Source: Mobula hypostoma (lineage: Eukaryota). From it: a stretch of 64,000 bases of DNA. The position numbers and the translations under genes are program-made. Under the pieces are notes generated by a model. The model saw nothing but the letters and a program-made list of their open reading frames with translations, searched no databases and was not told where the DNA came from. Of the stretch, positions 52,561 through 64,000 are shown in pieces (the stretch's first letter is position 1; each line of letters opens with the position of its first letter). The DNA lies in assembly GCF_963921235.1 (NCBI RefSeq), contig NC_086097.1, positions 189,474,001-189,538,000 on the forward strand. The letters are read 5' to 3'.

Positions 52561-53702
52561 GCTGGTGGGGTGGTAGGTGAGGACAAGGGGAACCCTATTC
52601 CTAGAAGATGCTCTTCATCTGCTCTCATCCCATCTTCCCACCTCCCCACTAGGAATAGGGTTCCCCTTGTCCTCACCTACTACCCCACCAGCCTCTGGGT
52701 CCAACATGTAATTCTCCGTAACTTCCGCCACCTCCAACTGGATCCCACCACCAAGCACATCTTTCCCTCCCCACTCTTTATGCTTTCTGCAGGGATCGCT
52801 CCTTACGTGACTCCCTTGTCCATTCATCCCCCCCATCCCTTCCCACCGATTTCCCTCCCGGCACTTATCCTTGTAAGCGGAACAAGTGCTACACATGGCC
52901 TTACACTTCCTCCCTCACCACCATTCAGGGCCCCAGACAGTCCTTCCAGGTGAGGCGACACTTCACCTGTGAGTCGACTGGGGAGATATACCGCGTCCGG
53001 TGCTCCCTATGCGGCCTTCTATATATTGGCGAGACCCGACGCAGACTGGGAGACCGTTTCGCTGAATACCTACGCTCTGTCCGCCAGAGAAAGCAGGATT
53101 TCCCAGTGGCCACACATTTTAATTCCACGTCCCAATCCCATTCTGATATCTCTATCCATGGCCTCCTCTACTGTTAAGATGAAGCCACACTCAGGTTGGA
53201 GGAACAACACCTTATATTCCGTCTGGGTAGCCTCCAACCTGATGGCATGAACATTGACTTCTCTAACTTCCGCTAATGTCCTACCTCCCCTTCGTACCCC
53301 ATCCATTATTTATTTATATATATATATTCTCTCTCTCTCCTTTTTCTCCCTCTGTCCCTCTCACTATACTCCTTGTCCATCCTCTGGGCTTCCCCCCTCC
53401 CCCTTTCTTTCTCCCTAGACCTCCTGTCCCGTGATCCTCTCATATCCCTTTTGCCAGTCAACTTTCCAACTCTTAGCTCCATCCCTCCCCCTCCTGTCTT
53501 CCCCTATCATTTTGGATCTCCCCCTCCCCCTCCCACTTTCAAATCTCTTACTATCTCTTCTTTCAGTTAGTCCTGACGAAGGGTCTCGGCTCGAAACTTT
53601 GACTGTACCTCTTCCTATAGATGCTGCCTGGCCTGCTGCATTCAACAGCAATTTTTATGTGTGTTACTTGAAATTCCAGCATCTGCAGATTTCCTCATGT
53701 TT
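52561..53702 (+). mobile_element. 5'-truncated Penelope-like element, second subfamily, with 5' inversion
   Basis: RVPLVLTYYP and GIY-YIG ORF GEIYRVRCSLCGLLYIGETRRRLGDRFAEY, closely similar to 16931-17731. pLTR with CTGACGA at 53573. Confidence 0.9.
53564..53605 (+). ncRNA. Hammerhead ribozyme motif, mutated at the cleavage triplet
   Basis: AGTC-CTGACGA-AGGGTCTCGGCTC-GAAAC-TTT-GACT. The GTC triplet is replaced by TTT. Confidence 0.6.
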
Positions 53703-56700
53703 ACCTAGCATTCCTGTCTTTTTCCTGACATAAATCACTTTGCATTTTAGTACACATCAGCTTTGAAGAATCACCCCATTGTAGCTACAAAAGATAAGTA
53801 ATTGCATTTTTGAAAAGTTCAGTAACTATAATAGAAAAGAGGGTAAAGACAAAATAGTCTTCCTCTTGTTAATAGATTTTTCACACAATTAAATAGAAGT
53901 TAGAAACTATTTAAAAGTACATTTAAAGCTGTGCTACCTGAAAATGCCCAAACAATTGTGCACCACTACATTTTGAGAAATCTATCATATTGTACTTACT
54001 GCTTGTTTTCTGAAGTACAGTTTTCTTGCCATCTTCTATTGAAATAAGCGGTGCTGAGATATGGTGTCCAATTAATGTCTGGATGTAATTGGGATGGAGA
54101 AGGCCATTCTTATTGAAAAAAACCCTCGTTATAAACCTTAGGTACTCAAGCACTGGGACTGGCTTCATGCAGAGACCCTTTAAGTGAAAACAATGCATAA
54201 CAATTGGCAGTTTAATCTCGTGCTCCCTCTTCCCCTGATCATTGAGACCAACCTTCAGCTCCACCACATTTTCAACCTCAGAAGCCAAAAATAACCTGCT
54301 CCCCAGTGTTCCTGCCTACGCTTACTGACTCAATACTCACCCCCTCCCACAAAAGCTGCCTCAATCTCCAAACTGGGCCTCCCTCCCTTGCACCCCATCC
54401 TCACAGTCTGAAAATTATCTGTGGGAAAAAATGGAGAGAGGGGCAACAGTTAATAGAAGTTAGAGGATTTAGTGTTAATCCAGCCAGTTACAGTGTCTGT
54501 CTCTTTTTTTCCTTTCTGGCCCTTTTTTCTCTCTCTTCTCCTGATCTATCTGGCCCTTATCACCATGTCTCATTCTCCTCCCCCACCCTCACCATCTGCC
54601 CATCACATCCACACACTCCGCTCTCTACTCCCATTTGCCCTGCTCACCTCCTCCCGTGATTCCATGCTCCATCCTCCCCACCTATCAGATTCCATGATTT
54701 GCAGACCTAATCAGAGCCATTTCCTCCCTTCACTTCAGGCTTGTCTTCAATTCACTGGAGAGGCAAATAACAATATTTATGCATTTCTCCTTTACGACTT
54801 AGCACCCATTTTGTATTTCCTGGCTTCATGCTCCTATGAAGTATTTCCTCAGGATGTTCAGGTGGGAGTTTTTGTCGAGGAAACTTCTATCACCTTAGAA
54901 CAACCTTGAGCAGTCTTGAGCTTCTTGTCTAGCTGGCTGTACTGCACTAACATGAGCAATTAGTAATGTTTAACTGATAAAAGATGTCATTTGGCTACAA
55001 CAGTATTCACCTATTGGAGTGTCGTACTGAGTTTCTTGACCTCTTCAGGCCCTTTACAAAAGTGTCCCCAAAATGCATGACAGCAGTATGAGCTATTATG
55101 GAGAAGGCCTCTGATCTTCCAGGGCAATGTTACCTGCAGCAGAAGCTGTCATGGATTCAATCTCATGCTAAATGATGCTATGTTCTACTGTGGTGCTATT
55201 GGAAGATATCAATTTGTACATGTTGGACAGAATAACCTCCATACTCTATTTTAAACCATGTGGTAAATTGGAGGAAGGCATTTTTCTGCCCTGGAAGCTC
55301 TCAAAGTCTATGGTAGACTTAGATTTATTGGTGGTTAGCCAGTAATTGGTAGACTGAGTTCTTGATATCTGTAGCTGACTCTCTTGCTGCAGTTCTAATG
55401 TAGAAGCTGGAACTCTATTCTTTTCTCCTTGCTCGTGTGAGTATGTGCCTGGTGAGTCATCGTGTGCTGGTAAGTCCTCCAGCCTGGGCTATTATATCAA
55501 TGTGAAAGTAATACATAGGAGAATCAGATGGAAGCATAGTGTGAGATAAAACTATTGGTCAAAATTGAGTCAAATATGCAAAGGTTCTCAATTGAAGGTC
55601 ATGATGATCAACCTAGGAGACATTCTTCATTTGAAAACTTTTTTACACATTTGACTCAATTTTCTAGTATGACCTGGTTAATTTGGATGAAATGGATCCT
55701 ATGGTCTCCATTCAAAAACTGATATAATATATTTAATGTTCAGATTTATGGAATATTGTAGTTTCAGGGCAGTGTGAAAGATTGTCTGCAATCATTTTAA
55801 GATGCTGTACTTCTTAAAACAAAATGTGTCCAATGTCTGACCATTGATTTGTGATACAGTTATATTCCCTCACCCATCACGGAAGCTATTTCATGACTGT
55901 TTCCTCATTTGGGCACCGGCGGCAAGTGTTTCCTCTTTGCAACTGCTCGCTTCAAACTGCCTGAAGATGTCTCAAAGCAGGCACACTAAAGCTATTTTGC
56001 TGGTCAGTTTCTTTTGGAAAATACTCTCCTCGTTACCTGCTGCTCTCCAAATCTGTACAAAGTATGGTGGTAAACTGCAGTGACTCAACTGTAATTGCTA
56101 GCACTTATGGATTTTTACCAGAAATTGAATCAGGTTAACAAAATAGATATTAACTTAACTCATTACTGAGTTGAAAGGAGTGAACATTATTGTTGAAAAA
56201 TCTGCTGTGGCCACCTTGGGCTTTTTTTTATTGTGTTTAACAAGTCAAGGTCAAAATTACAGTAGATTCTCAAATGCTTCAAGCAAGAAAGAAAAATTCC
56301 ACAATTTGTTTATTATCTAGACAACCTGAAGAGCAATTTCAATTTATTTTTCATTCCATAGAACCACAGAGCATTACAGCACAGAAACAGGCGTTTTGGC
56401 CCTCCTTGGATATTCCATTAGAAAACAAGTCAGCATTGAAAGATTCCGACATCCAAACATACCATTAAAACAGATAACCTAATCAACACCTTGGTGATTA
56501 ATTTTGCACAAATCAGCTTCAACATGTATTCTTGAGCTATTCCAAAGTACAATATTACTCGTTTATAAATTCCCCTCAATTTCCTCCCCTGGAGCAAAGG
56601 AAGCTGAGAGCTAGAATTTCATAAAATTTGGAAGGGTAGATGGTCAGTGTATTTTTCCAGGGTAGGGAATTCTTAAACTAGGGGAGATAAATCTAAGTTA

Positions 56701-56727
56701 TGAGGGGAATGATTTAAAGAGGGACAA

Positions 56728-56888
56728 ACAACAGGAATTCTGCAGATGCTGGAAATTCAAGCAACACACATCAAAGTTGCTGGTCGAAGGGTCCTGACGA
56801 AGGGTCTCGGCCTGAAACGTCGACTGTACCTTTTCCTAGAGATGCTGCCTGGCCTGCTGCGTTCACCAGCAACTTTGATGTGTGTTGC
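56728..56888 (+). mobile_element. Fold-back Penelope pLTR mini-element containing an intact hammerhead core
   Basis: 26-bp perfect inverted repeats at 56759-56784 / 56865-56890. ~14-bp TSD TTAAAGAGGGACAA / TTAAAGAGAGACAA. Confidence 0.88.
56791..56825 (+). ncRNA. Minimal type-I hammerhead ribozyme motif
   Basis: GTC-CTGACGA-AGGGTCTCGGCCT-GAAAC-GTC-GACT, with a core identical to 17634-17668. Confidence 0.82.
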
Positions 56889-59800
56889 TTAAAGAGAGAC
56901 AAGTTCTTCACGTAGAGGGTAGTGGGTAAATATAACAAGCTGCCAGAGGAGGTGATATAGGGAGGTAAAATTACAACATTTAAAATTTATTTGGGTATGT
57001 TTGTGGGTTAGGAAAGGTTTAGAGGGATATGGAGCAAATAAAAGCAAATGGGACAAGCTCAGCTCGGAACCTTGGTCAGCATGGATGAGCTGGGCTGACG
57101 ATTATTCTGACATTGAATAATTCTTAGAATCTATGGCTCAGCTAAAATATATAATTTTGAACTATCAGTGGTGTTTATTTGTCTAATAAATTAAGCAAAA
57201 AGGGATTGCTAATATTACACAGAACAAATTTCCTTTAGCCATCATGGATCACTTAATATTTTTTAAACCTAGATTTGGAATCGTTTCACTTCTGAGTGGT
57301 CTTTCTCCAAAGAATAGAACTGAGCCTACAATGTCTTGGTAAACTTCTGAGAAATGATGCTTTTTGGGCTTGAATCTATCCTCTGAGTTATATTGGTTGG
57401 TAATACAAGGTAGGATCTGAATTCAGACCACTAGATTGCATAATACAAAAAATAGCTGCTTTGTAGTAAATCCCATGATTCTTTGTATAACAAAGCACAA
57501 AATTTTTTTATTGTTCAGCATAGTCTTCAGATCCACTGGGATTCCATTGGCATGAAGCAAGCTGAAAAATATATTACTTTTCTAAAACAGTAGTGACAAC
57601 TACTCAATTCCACAAATACTACTATATTTCATAACTCTGTAGGTAAAAATGTCAGAATGTAATTTTACAATTTATTGTAATTTCTTAACATATTATAGAC
57701 CTTTAATCATTTCATAGAATCAGGTTATTTATTTCTGTTTTATAAAAGATCAGGTAGTATAAAATAAGGAAAGGGCACACAGTAATTTTTAATTAAAGTG
57801 TAAGTTACATTGCAAGGATCCAATGACAAATTTGTATCCCTTGATATCCCTTGCTTGCATTCAAAGCTCTTTCAGCAAGATATAGGTGACACAGAGATTA
57901 ATAACATCAAACACTTCACTCTTCCACCATCTCCTCATCACACAGTGTTTTGAATATTTTTTGACTAGGACAGCAATTTGGAGAATCACAGCAGAGTGCA
58001 CCTGACAGAATGTCCCTGAGCAATCCTGAAGTAAAGTTGTTTTCCCTAAATAAGTTTCTGCAATGTTAAGTTCATTTATAACTTACAAGATAGTTTTGTT
58101 CTGTAATATTCAATGAAATAAAATGAATAAAATAGCATGATACAAAAATGCTTTTAATTTGTGGAATTTATTTTTTTACTAAACTATGCAATATGTTTTA
58201 ATTACATATGCAATCTCATGAGTTGTACTTAATTGATAGTTTACTAGTTATCAGTTTTGTTTGCTCCAGAAACTGGCCACCATATGGGCGTGGTTCAAAC
58301 ATAGACTAAAGAACTTGATTTCAGAATTGAGGAGAGAGTGACACCAAGAAGGTCATATGGATTAAGTGTTGCATAGTAGCACCACTTGACTGAACTCTCA
58401 TGGAAATCTGTCACCATTCCTTCAAAGTTACTGGCTCAAAAATGCTGGAACTCTACTCCTTATTGGCATTATGGAAGTAGCTCCCTCATTAGGATGGTCA
58501 TAGTTCATGAAGGCAGCTTACCATCACATTCTCAAATGACACCCGTTTGCCCTCAAAGGTCACTGGAGGGGTGGAATACTTTAAAAAAAGGCCTAGACAC
58601 AGGAAAGAGTTAGTTGATGATGTAGAGGATAAGGGATTTATAATGTGAGAAGTATTTTTGAATTTGAATTTATTACTGGAATCATTGTCCTTTAAAAATC
58701 CTCTTGATCCTCGAAAGTACAAATATTTAAAATCTATTCATATATTAATTAGAACTAGCAACGGCTACACATGGCATATAACAATTCTCCATCTCTTTTT
58801 AACATAAGGGGGCCAATTCCACAGAAATAAAAGAATTTTACTGCAACAAGTACCTTTCCTTATTATGACCTTTAATGTCAGAGTCAAGAAGAATAGCAAG
58901 ATTGTGAACAGTATGATTGAGAAAGTATGACTGAGGTAGAGACTTCATATAGTCAATGCATTTATCATCATCAGCTGGCCATTCAAATAATATGTGAAGC
59001 TTCATTACACCTATTGTCACTCTATAATCCAAATGGGAAGAGTTTGAAAATGAAATGTAAAATAATACTTGTAATACTGATGTTTTTTCCATGAAATATT
59101 TACACATTTAATAGTGAAGACATCACATATATAACTAAAATGTATTCATGAAGGGAGTTGTATCAAATTATAAAATAATTTTGATAGATAAAGCCACATT
59201 ATATCTTCAAAGTACACCAAAAGAAGCAGCAAAGGACATTGAAATAGATGATTAAAAATTAATTCAGAAAACGGGAAAGGAACATTTGTTTAAGATGATA
59301 AGCATTTATTACAATCTACTGGTTAAGATAATGGAGGTCAAAGCCTTGGAATAATTCCAAATACTACTGGATGCCATCTTAGAAATCTTAATGTAACCGA
59401 GAAAAGAGCTTCACTGTGCCAAATGCTTTTCACTACTTTACTTCAGACTCTTAAATAATTACTGAGACCACTTTCTTCCCTGAAAGCCTATTGATGTGTA
59501 AGTCCAAACTCTTGAAAACTTATTTATAAACAGCAATGCATTAGTTAAAGCCAGTAGTAACAATTCCAAACCTCACAGAAAGGAAGTTCTCCCTGCCTTG
59601 TATAATCTCTTTATGTAATTAGCATCATGGGAGACAAATACAATAGAAAAAAAGAGCTTTAATGTGCTAAGTAATTTTTCTACTTATAAAACATAAGTGA
59701 TTAATGAATATTATACCAATATTTTGGTAGTAGTAAAATACAAAGTTATTCTACCATTTTATAATAAGAAACAGCTGATTCCTTGAATTCCTTCAGCGGA

Positions 59801-60006
59801 TAGCTGGCACATTCAGGCTTTTCTCAATGACACATCCCACATACGTGGCTAATAGCACAGTTTTATTAGTTATGATCAAGTATTCAGAGACCTGGGAAGC
59901 TGACTGGACACACAAATTAATTAGATAAACTGGAATTCAAAACATCTTTTATTAGTATTGGAGATGATAAAATACACAGATTGTTACAAAACCCACACCT
60001 GATGAA

Positions 60007-60585
60007 CAGTACTGTGCAAAGGTCTAAGGCACATATATATATATATATATATATCTAGCTCGGGTGCCTAAGACTTTTGCACAGTGCTGTATTTGCCATC
60101 ATGGAAAGGAGAACAAATTTGTAAATCTGTTGGCAGCAAAGGATGTTGGGAATAGCCAGGGTGGTGCGCTGCTGGAGTGAGGGGAGAGTTGACAGAGAAA
60201 GCGCGCCTGGTGGGGCAGAGCGGGTGGAGGTGGTGGTGACACGGGTGCAAATACACTCAGCTATGAGACACCAGGCAAGGTTACTGGATTCTAAGAAACT
60301 GCTTTATTGGTCATTACAGAATGTCTCTGGTGCTTCCCAATCCCTTCTCTTTCCCTTCCTCTTTTCCCAACCATGGTTCCCTCTCCCAGCTCCCTTCCCA
60401 CTCTCAGTCCACAGGAGAGACATATATTAGAATCGTGTTTGTCATCGCTCTCATATGTCATGAAATTTGTTTTTTTTTTGTGACAGCAGTGCAGTACAAT
60501 ACATAAAGTGACTTTAGTACCATACAAAAGTCTTAGGCATCCTAGTTATATATACATATGTGCCTAAGACTTTTGCAGAGCACTG
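60007..60585. mobile_element. Composite Tc1/mariner-type MITE with a hairpin at each end
   Basis: TIR CAGTACTGTGCAAA(A/G)GTCT(T/A)AGGCAC occurs four times (60007-60032, 60064-60089, ~60515-60540, 60560-60585), with TA-rich spacers. TA follows 60089 and 60585. Confidence 0.8.
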
Positions 60586-61964
60586 TATTAATATCCTTCA
60601 GAGGAAGAAACCTGCCTTCTTAGCCTGTTCTATAGCTGATTCTAGACTTGTCCATATGTGATCAAAGAGATGTGGTCAACTCTTACTTGCCTTCTGAAAT
60701 AGCACAAGGACATTTAAGCATAAGTAATAAGTGCTGATCTTGCAAGTACTGTATGAAAAATAATGGAACAGTGCTTCTCATTTCAATTGGCAGTGCCAGT
60801 TCCTGCAATCTACTGGTCCTTGACATGTATCTTTAATAGAATTCTTGTGTGGCTCAACCACCAGTCTAACTAAACAGCGTGGAGAATTTCTCCAGAAATA
60901 TTCTGACAAGACAGCAAAGAAAGTTTATTGACAGTGAGGAAACTGATGGGTTTAAATAAGCCATGTAAGTATTGACCAAATTATAGAAATGCAGGCACAA
61001 TGGTTTTCAAATGGCTGCTTGAAAAGCAATCTCAATGTGAGTGATGGATTACCATTTTCATGTAAGATATAATGAAGCGTTATGAAATGTCATCAGAGGG
61101 AAGTGTTGTTTTCCTCTCAGATGAGACAAATGATAGAACTATCCTAAATCGAAAGTCAGTTTTTTCCATTTCCCCCCGTTCTGTTAACTGTCTCCCTGAA
61201 CACACATTAGTCTGTGACCCGTAAGTAGACTACATTTGTAAATGTCAAATCTCTTGCTGTTAATGAGTGTTTCCACTTGCATATGTTTCCAATGGGTTAC
61301 ACTGATATTAATCATGTGAACATTACCTTTTGCCATTCCATTTATCTTCAAACTATGTGAGGTTTTTTGGGTATTCACCTTCACACATCACAAGCCAACC
61401 AACCTATCAAGCATCACCTACTCTCCTGTCACACGCCAATGCTGATGTCTTTGCATTCACACTGCAAGCCAGCAAAGCAATTTAAATGCAACAGTAGATT
61501 AAAAAAAAGTTACTGAAATTTCCTACAAAGCATAGAAAGATTTATGATTAAGGGCAAAGAACTTAAAACAATCATTTCTTATTAAAATCTCAGCTCATCA
61601 CCGTCTAATAGAAGTCATTTGTATTAGATATAGCCTTGTTCATCCATTTTGAAATCATTATTACATTAAGAATAAACCTAATGACTAATTAAGTACCTAT
61701 ATTTTATCCCGTCAACCAATCAATCATACCACTAATGTAGACCTACTGAACTGTCAGTGACTACTTGATCAGAAAAAAAAGGTATTTATTCTCTTATTGG
61801 AAATGAGCTGTTATTTCTTTTTCTTAAATAAAATTTATCTCTGAATAGTGTTATTACATTGTTTCAGCATGCAAAGAATAGTCAAAACTCTCTAAATGTT
61901 TTATTTGTAGTAGTCTTTAACTAAAATCATACGTTAATGATGTAGATTACCGAGAGAGCTTTGT

Positions 61965-62463
61965 AGTTCCCTGAAAGTGGTAATCTTGTTGGATGAGGCA
62001 ACGAAAAAGACCTTTAGCTTACTTGCCTTCCTTGGTAGGGGTATTGAATTTAAGGTTTGGGCTACCATGTTGCAGCTGTACAAGTTATTGATCAGGCCAC
62101 ATTTGGAATACTGTGTGCAGTTCTGGTCATCTAAAATACAAGAGGGTGTGTGGTTTACTTATAAGGGGAGATTGTAAAGTTTGGGACAGGTGCAAAGGAG
62201 GCTGAGGAGACTCTTTATAGAGGTTTATAAAATTATGAGGGATATAGATAGTGTAGATATCCTGTAGTCAGTGTGGTGTGTATATGGGACAGGTACTGTA
62301 CAATGACAGCATTTAAAAACGTTTAGATAGGCAGATGGATAGGAAAGGAATAGAGGGATATAGGTCAAATGCAGGAAAATGGAATTAGCAGTAGAAGTCA
62401 TCTCAATTAACATGGACGAGCTGGGCCTGTGGGCCTGTTTCCATGCAGTATGATTCTATGGCT
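61965..62463 (+). mobile_element. Old CR1 3' fragment
   Basis: LAFLGRGIEFK..MLQLYKLLIRPHLEYCVQFWS. Ends GGGCCTGTTTCCATGCAGTATGATTCTATGGCTCT. Confidence 0.8.
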
Positions 62464-63289
62464 CTTTGCTCTCAAATTAACTATGTAAGTCACATCAACT
62501 AGATTTAAATCAAGATGAAAAGAAAATTATTGATCTTGTTCCCAATCTAGTTTCAATAACACCCTGGAGTGAAAAAAACATACAAAACAGAAGTACAAAT
62601 ATAGACCCTAGTTTAAGGTTAATTTATATAGCAGAAAAAAATGAACAGAAAATAAGTGTACTTGTGCAATGTTCTTTGAGTTTTTAGTTAATTTTTTTGA
62701 GGACCATCGGATTAATTATTCCATCTTCACAATATCACAATAGTAATGAGGAAGAAAATAAAACTAATACTACATGTTTGGTGGGTAATACTCCATATGG
62801 AATCATAAGGTTAGTTAATGTTACATTCAATTTATTCCAATTCTGAGGCAGCAACAGATACCAAGAGGCTTTGCATAGTTGCAATAGTTGTAGCACTCTC
62901 ATGGTTTAACTTTTCTTTGCTGCCTGGAGAAGTTCATAGTTTTATTAAACCTGCAGACAGTGAATTATAATTATCTATCTTGCAGTCAACAAGTCTTGAA
63001 TCACACCCTTCATGCTTTCACACAAGAGATGTAGAATTGGGAAACTTTCAGAGAGCAGCTGAGTTTTGAAAGTTTCTCCATAGACCTTTTTCATTCATAG
63101 AGTCAAAGGCCTTGTGAGGTCAATTAACGGCCACGAATTGTGGTTGATGCTGCTCTCGACATTTTCAGTTTTCATGCAGTGAAGGTCAAAGCCATTGTGT
63201 CTCGTCTCTATCTGCTATTCAGTGAGCACCTTTTTTAGAAACTTGTCATTGCCTTTCCTTATGTCGTTGATTGGAGTACTGCACAAACG

Positions 63290-64000
63290 CAACAGAAGTG
63301 TTCCTGTGCAGGTTCGGCGAAGAGCTTTAAAACCCAGTCTCCACAAAAGAGAAGTACCACCTACTGGAGCGGTCATTGTGGGAGATTTCATTATCGCAGT
63401 AGTCTGTGTCAGAGTCGTAAGGCTTTGGATCAACAGGGCTTCAGCGAGAACAGGCAGAGGCAAGGTAAATAGGTAAGTTCATTGCTTATTTCTTATTTTT
63501 TCTGAATAAGCTGAGCATAGGAGGTACGTCTACAGAACCAGTGCTCTGCTCTGGGTATCAGATATGGGATTTCCAGGAGACTAGCAGCCTCCCCAGTGGC
63601 CACATATGTAGTAGGTTGCATTCAGATGTAGCTCCTTAAGACCGTGTCAGGGAACTGGAGCTATAGCTTGATGACCTTCAGCTTGTGAGCGAAAGTGTGG
63701 CAGTGATAGACGGGAGCTACAGGGAGGCAGTCACCCCAAGGCTTCAGGAGACAGATAAATGGGTGACTGTCAAGAGAGGGAAGGGAGAACATCAGTTAGT
63801 GGAGAGCACTCCCGCAGCCATCCCCATCAACAAGAAGTACTCCATTTTGAGTACTGTTGGGGGAGGATGACCTACCTGGGGTAAGTAACAGCGGCCGTGC
63901 CTCCAGCACTGAGTCTGGTCCTGTGTCACAGAAGGATAAGGAGCTGAGGAGGATAGCAGCAGTAACAGGAAACTATCGTTAGGGAGACAGACAGGCAATT
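63290..64000 (+). mobile_element. CR1 5'UTR and decayed ORF1, continuing beyond the window
   Basis: GSYREAVTPRLQETDKWVTVKRGKG..PAAIPINKKYSILSTVGG is homologous to the ORF1 fragment at 8992-9174. Confidence 0.8.

Larger units (their letters stand above)
56590..57100 (+). mobile_element. Old CR1 3' fragment interrupted by a Penelope mini-element
   Basis: CTGGAGCAAAGGAAGCTGAG...TTCTTCACGTAGAGGGTAGTG...GGTTTAGAGGGATATGG...CATGGATGAGCTGGGCTGA. Confidence 0.65.

Noticed and set aside
53923..54288. 121-aa minus-strand ORF
   Set aside because: No recognisable domain and no convincing exon structure. Likely chance.
58273..58292. CTCF-like motif TGGCCACCATATGGGCG (a weaker one lies at ~31300)
   Set aside because: Core mismatches and no supporting evidence. 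Such matches are expected by chance in 64 kb.

Overview
Eukaryotic, AT-rich, repeat-dense vertebrate non-coding DNA (intergenic or a large intron). I could not identify any host protein-coding exon. The mix of CR1, Rex1/Babar, Penelope, RTE, BEL/Pao, Gypsy, ERV, hAT and Tc1 elements fits a cartilaginous fish, probably a ray; this assignment is inference only. Nearly every long ORF belongs to a decayed transposon. The main finding is a Penelope-like (GIY-YIG) retroelement system. Two 5'-truncated Penelope copies carry minimal type-I hammerhead ribozyme motifs in their pseudo-LTRs. Two tiny (160-240 bp) fold-back mini-elements, each flanked by its own target-site duplication (TSD), are built only from that pseudo-LTR, and one folds back at the predicted ribozyme cleavage site. 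At least four older, degenerate hammerhead/pLTR relics are also present. Other notable items are an ERV pol relic with a dual RNase H, a ~9 kb BEL/Pao element carrying several nested insertions (including an AviRTE-like LINE with an 18-bp TSD), a solo LTR, a hAT element, and a composite Tc1-type MITE.
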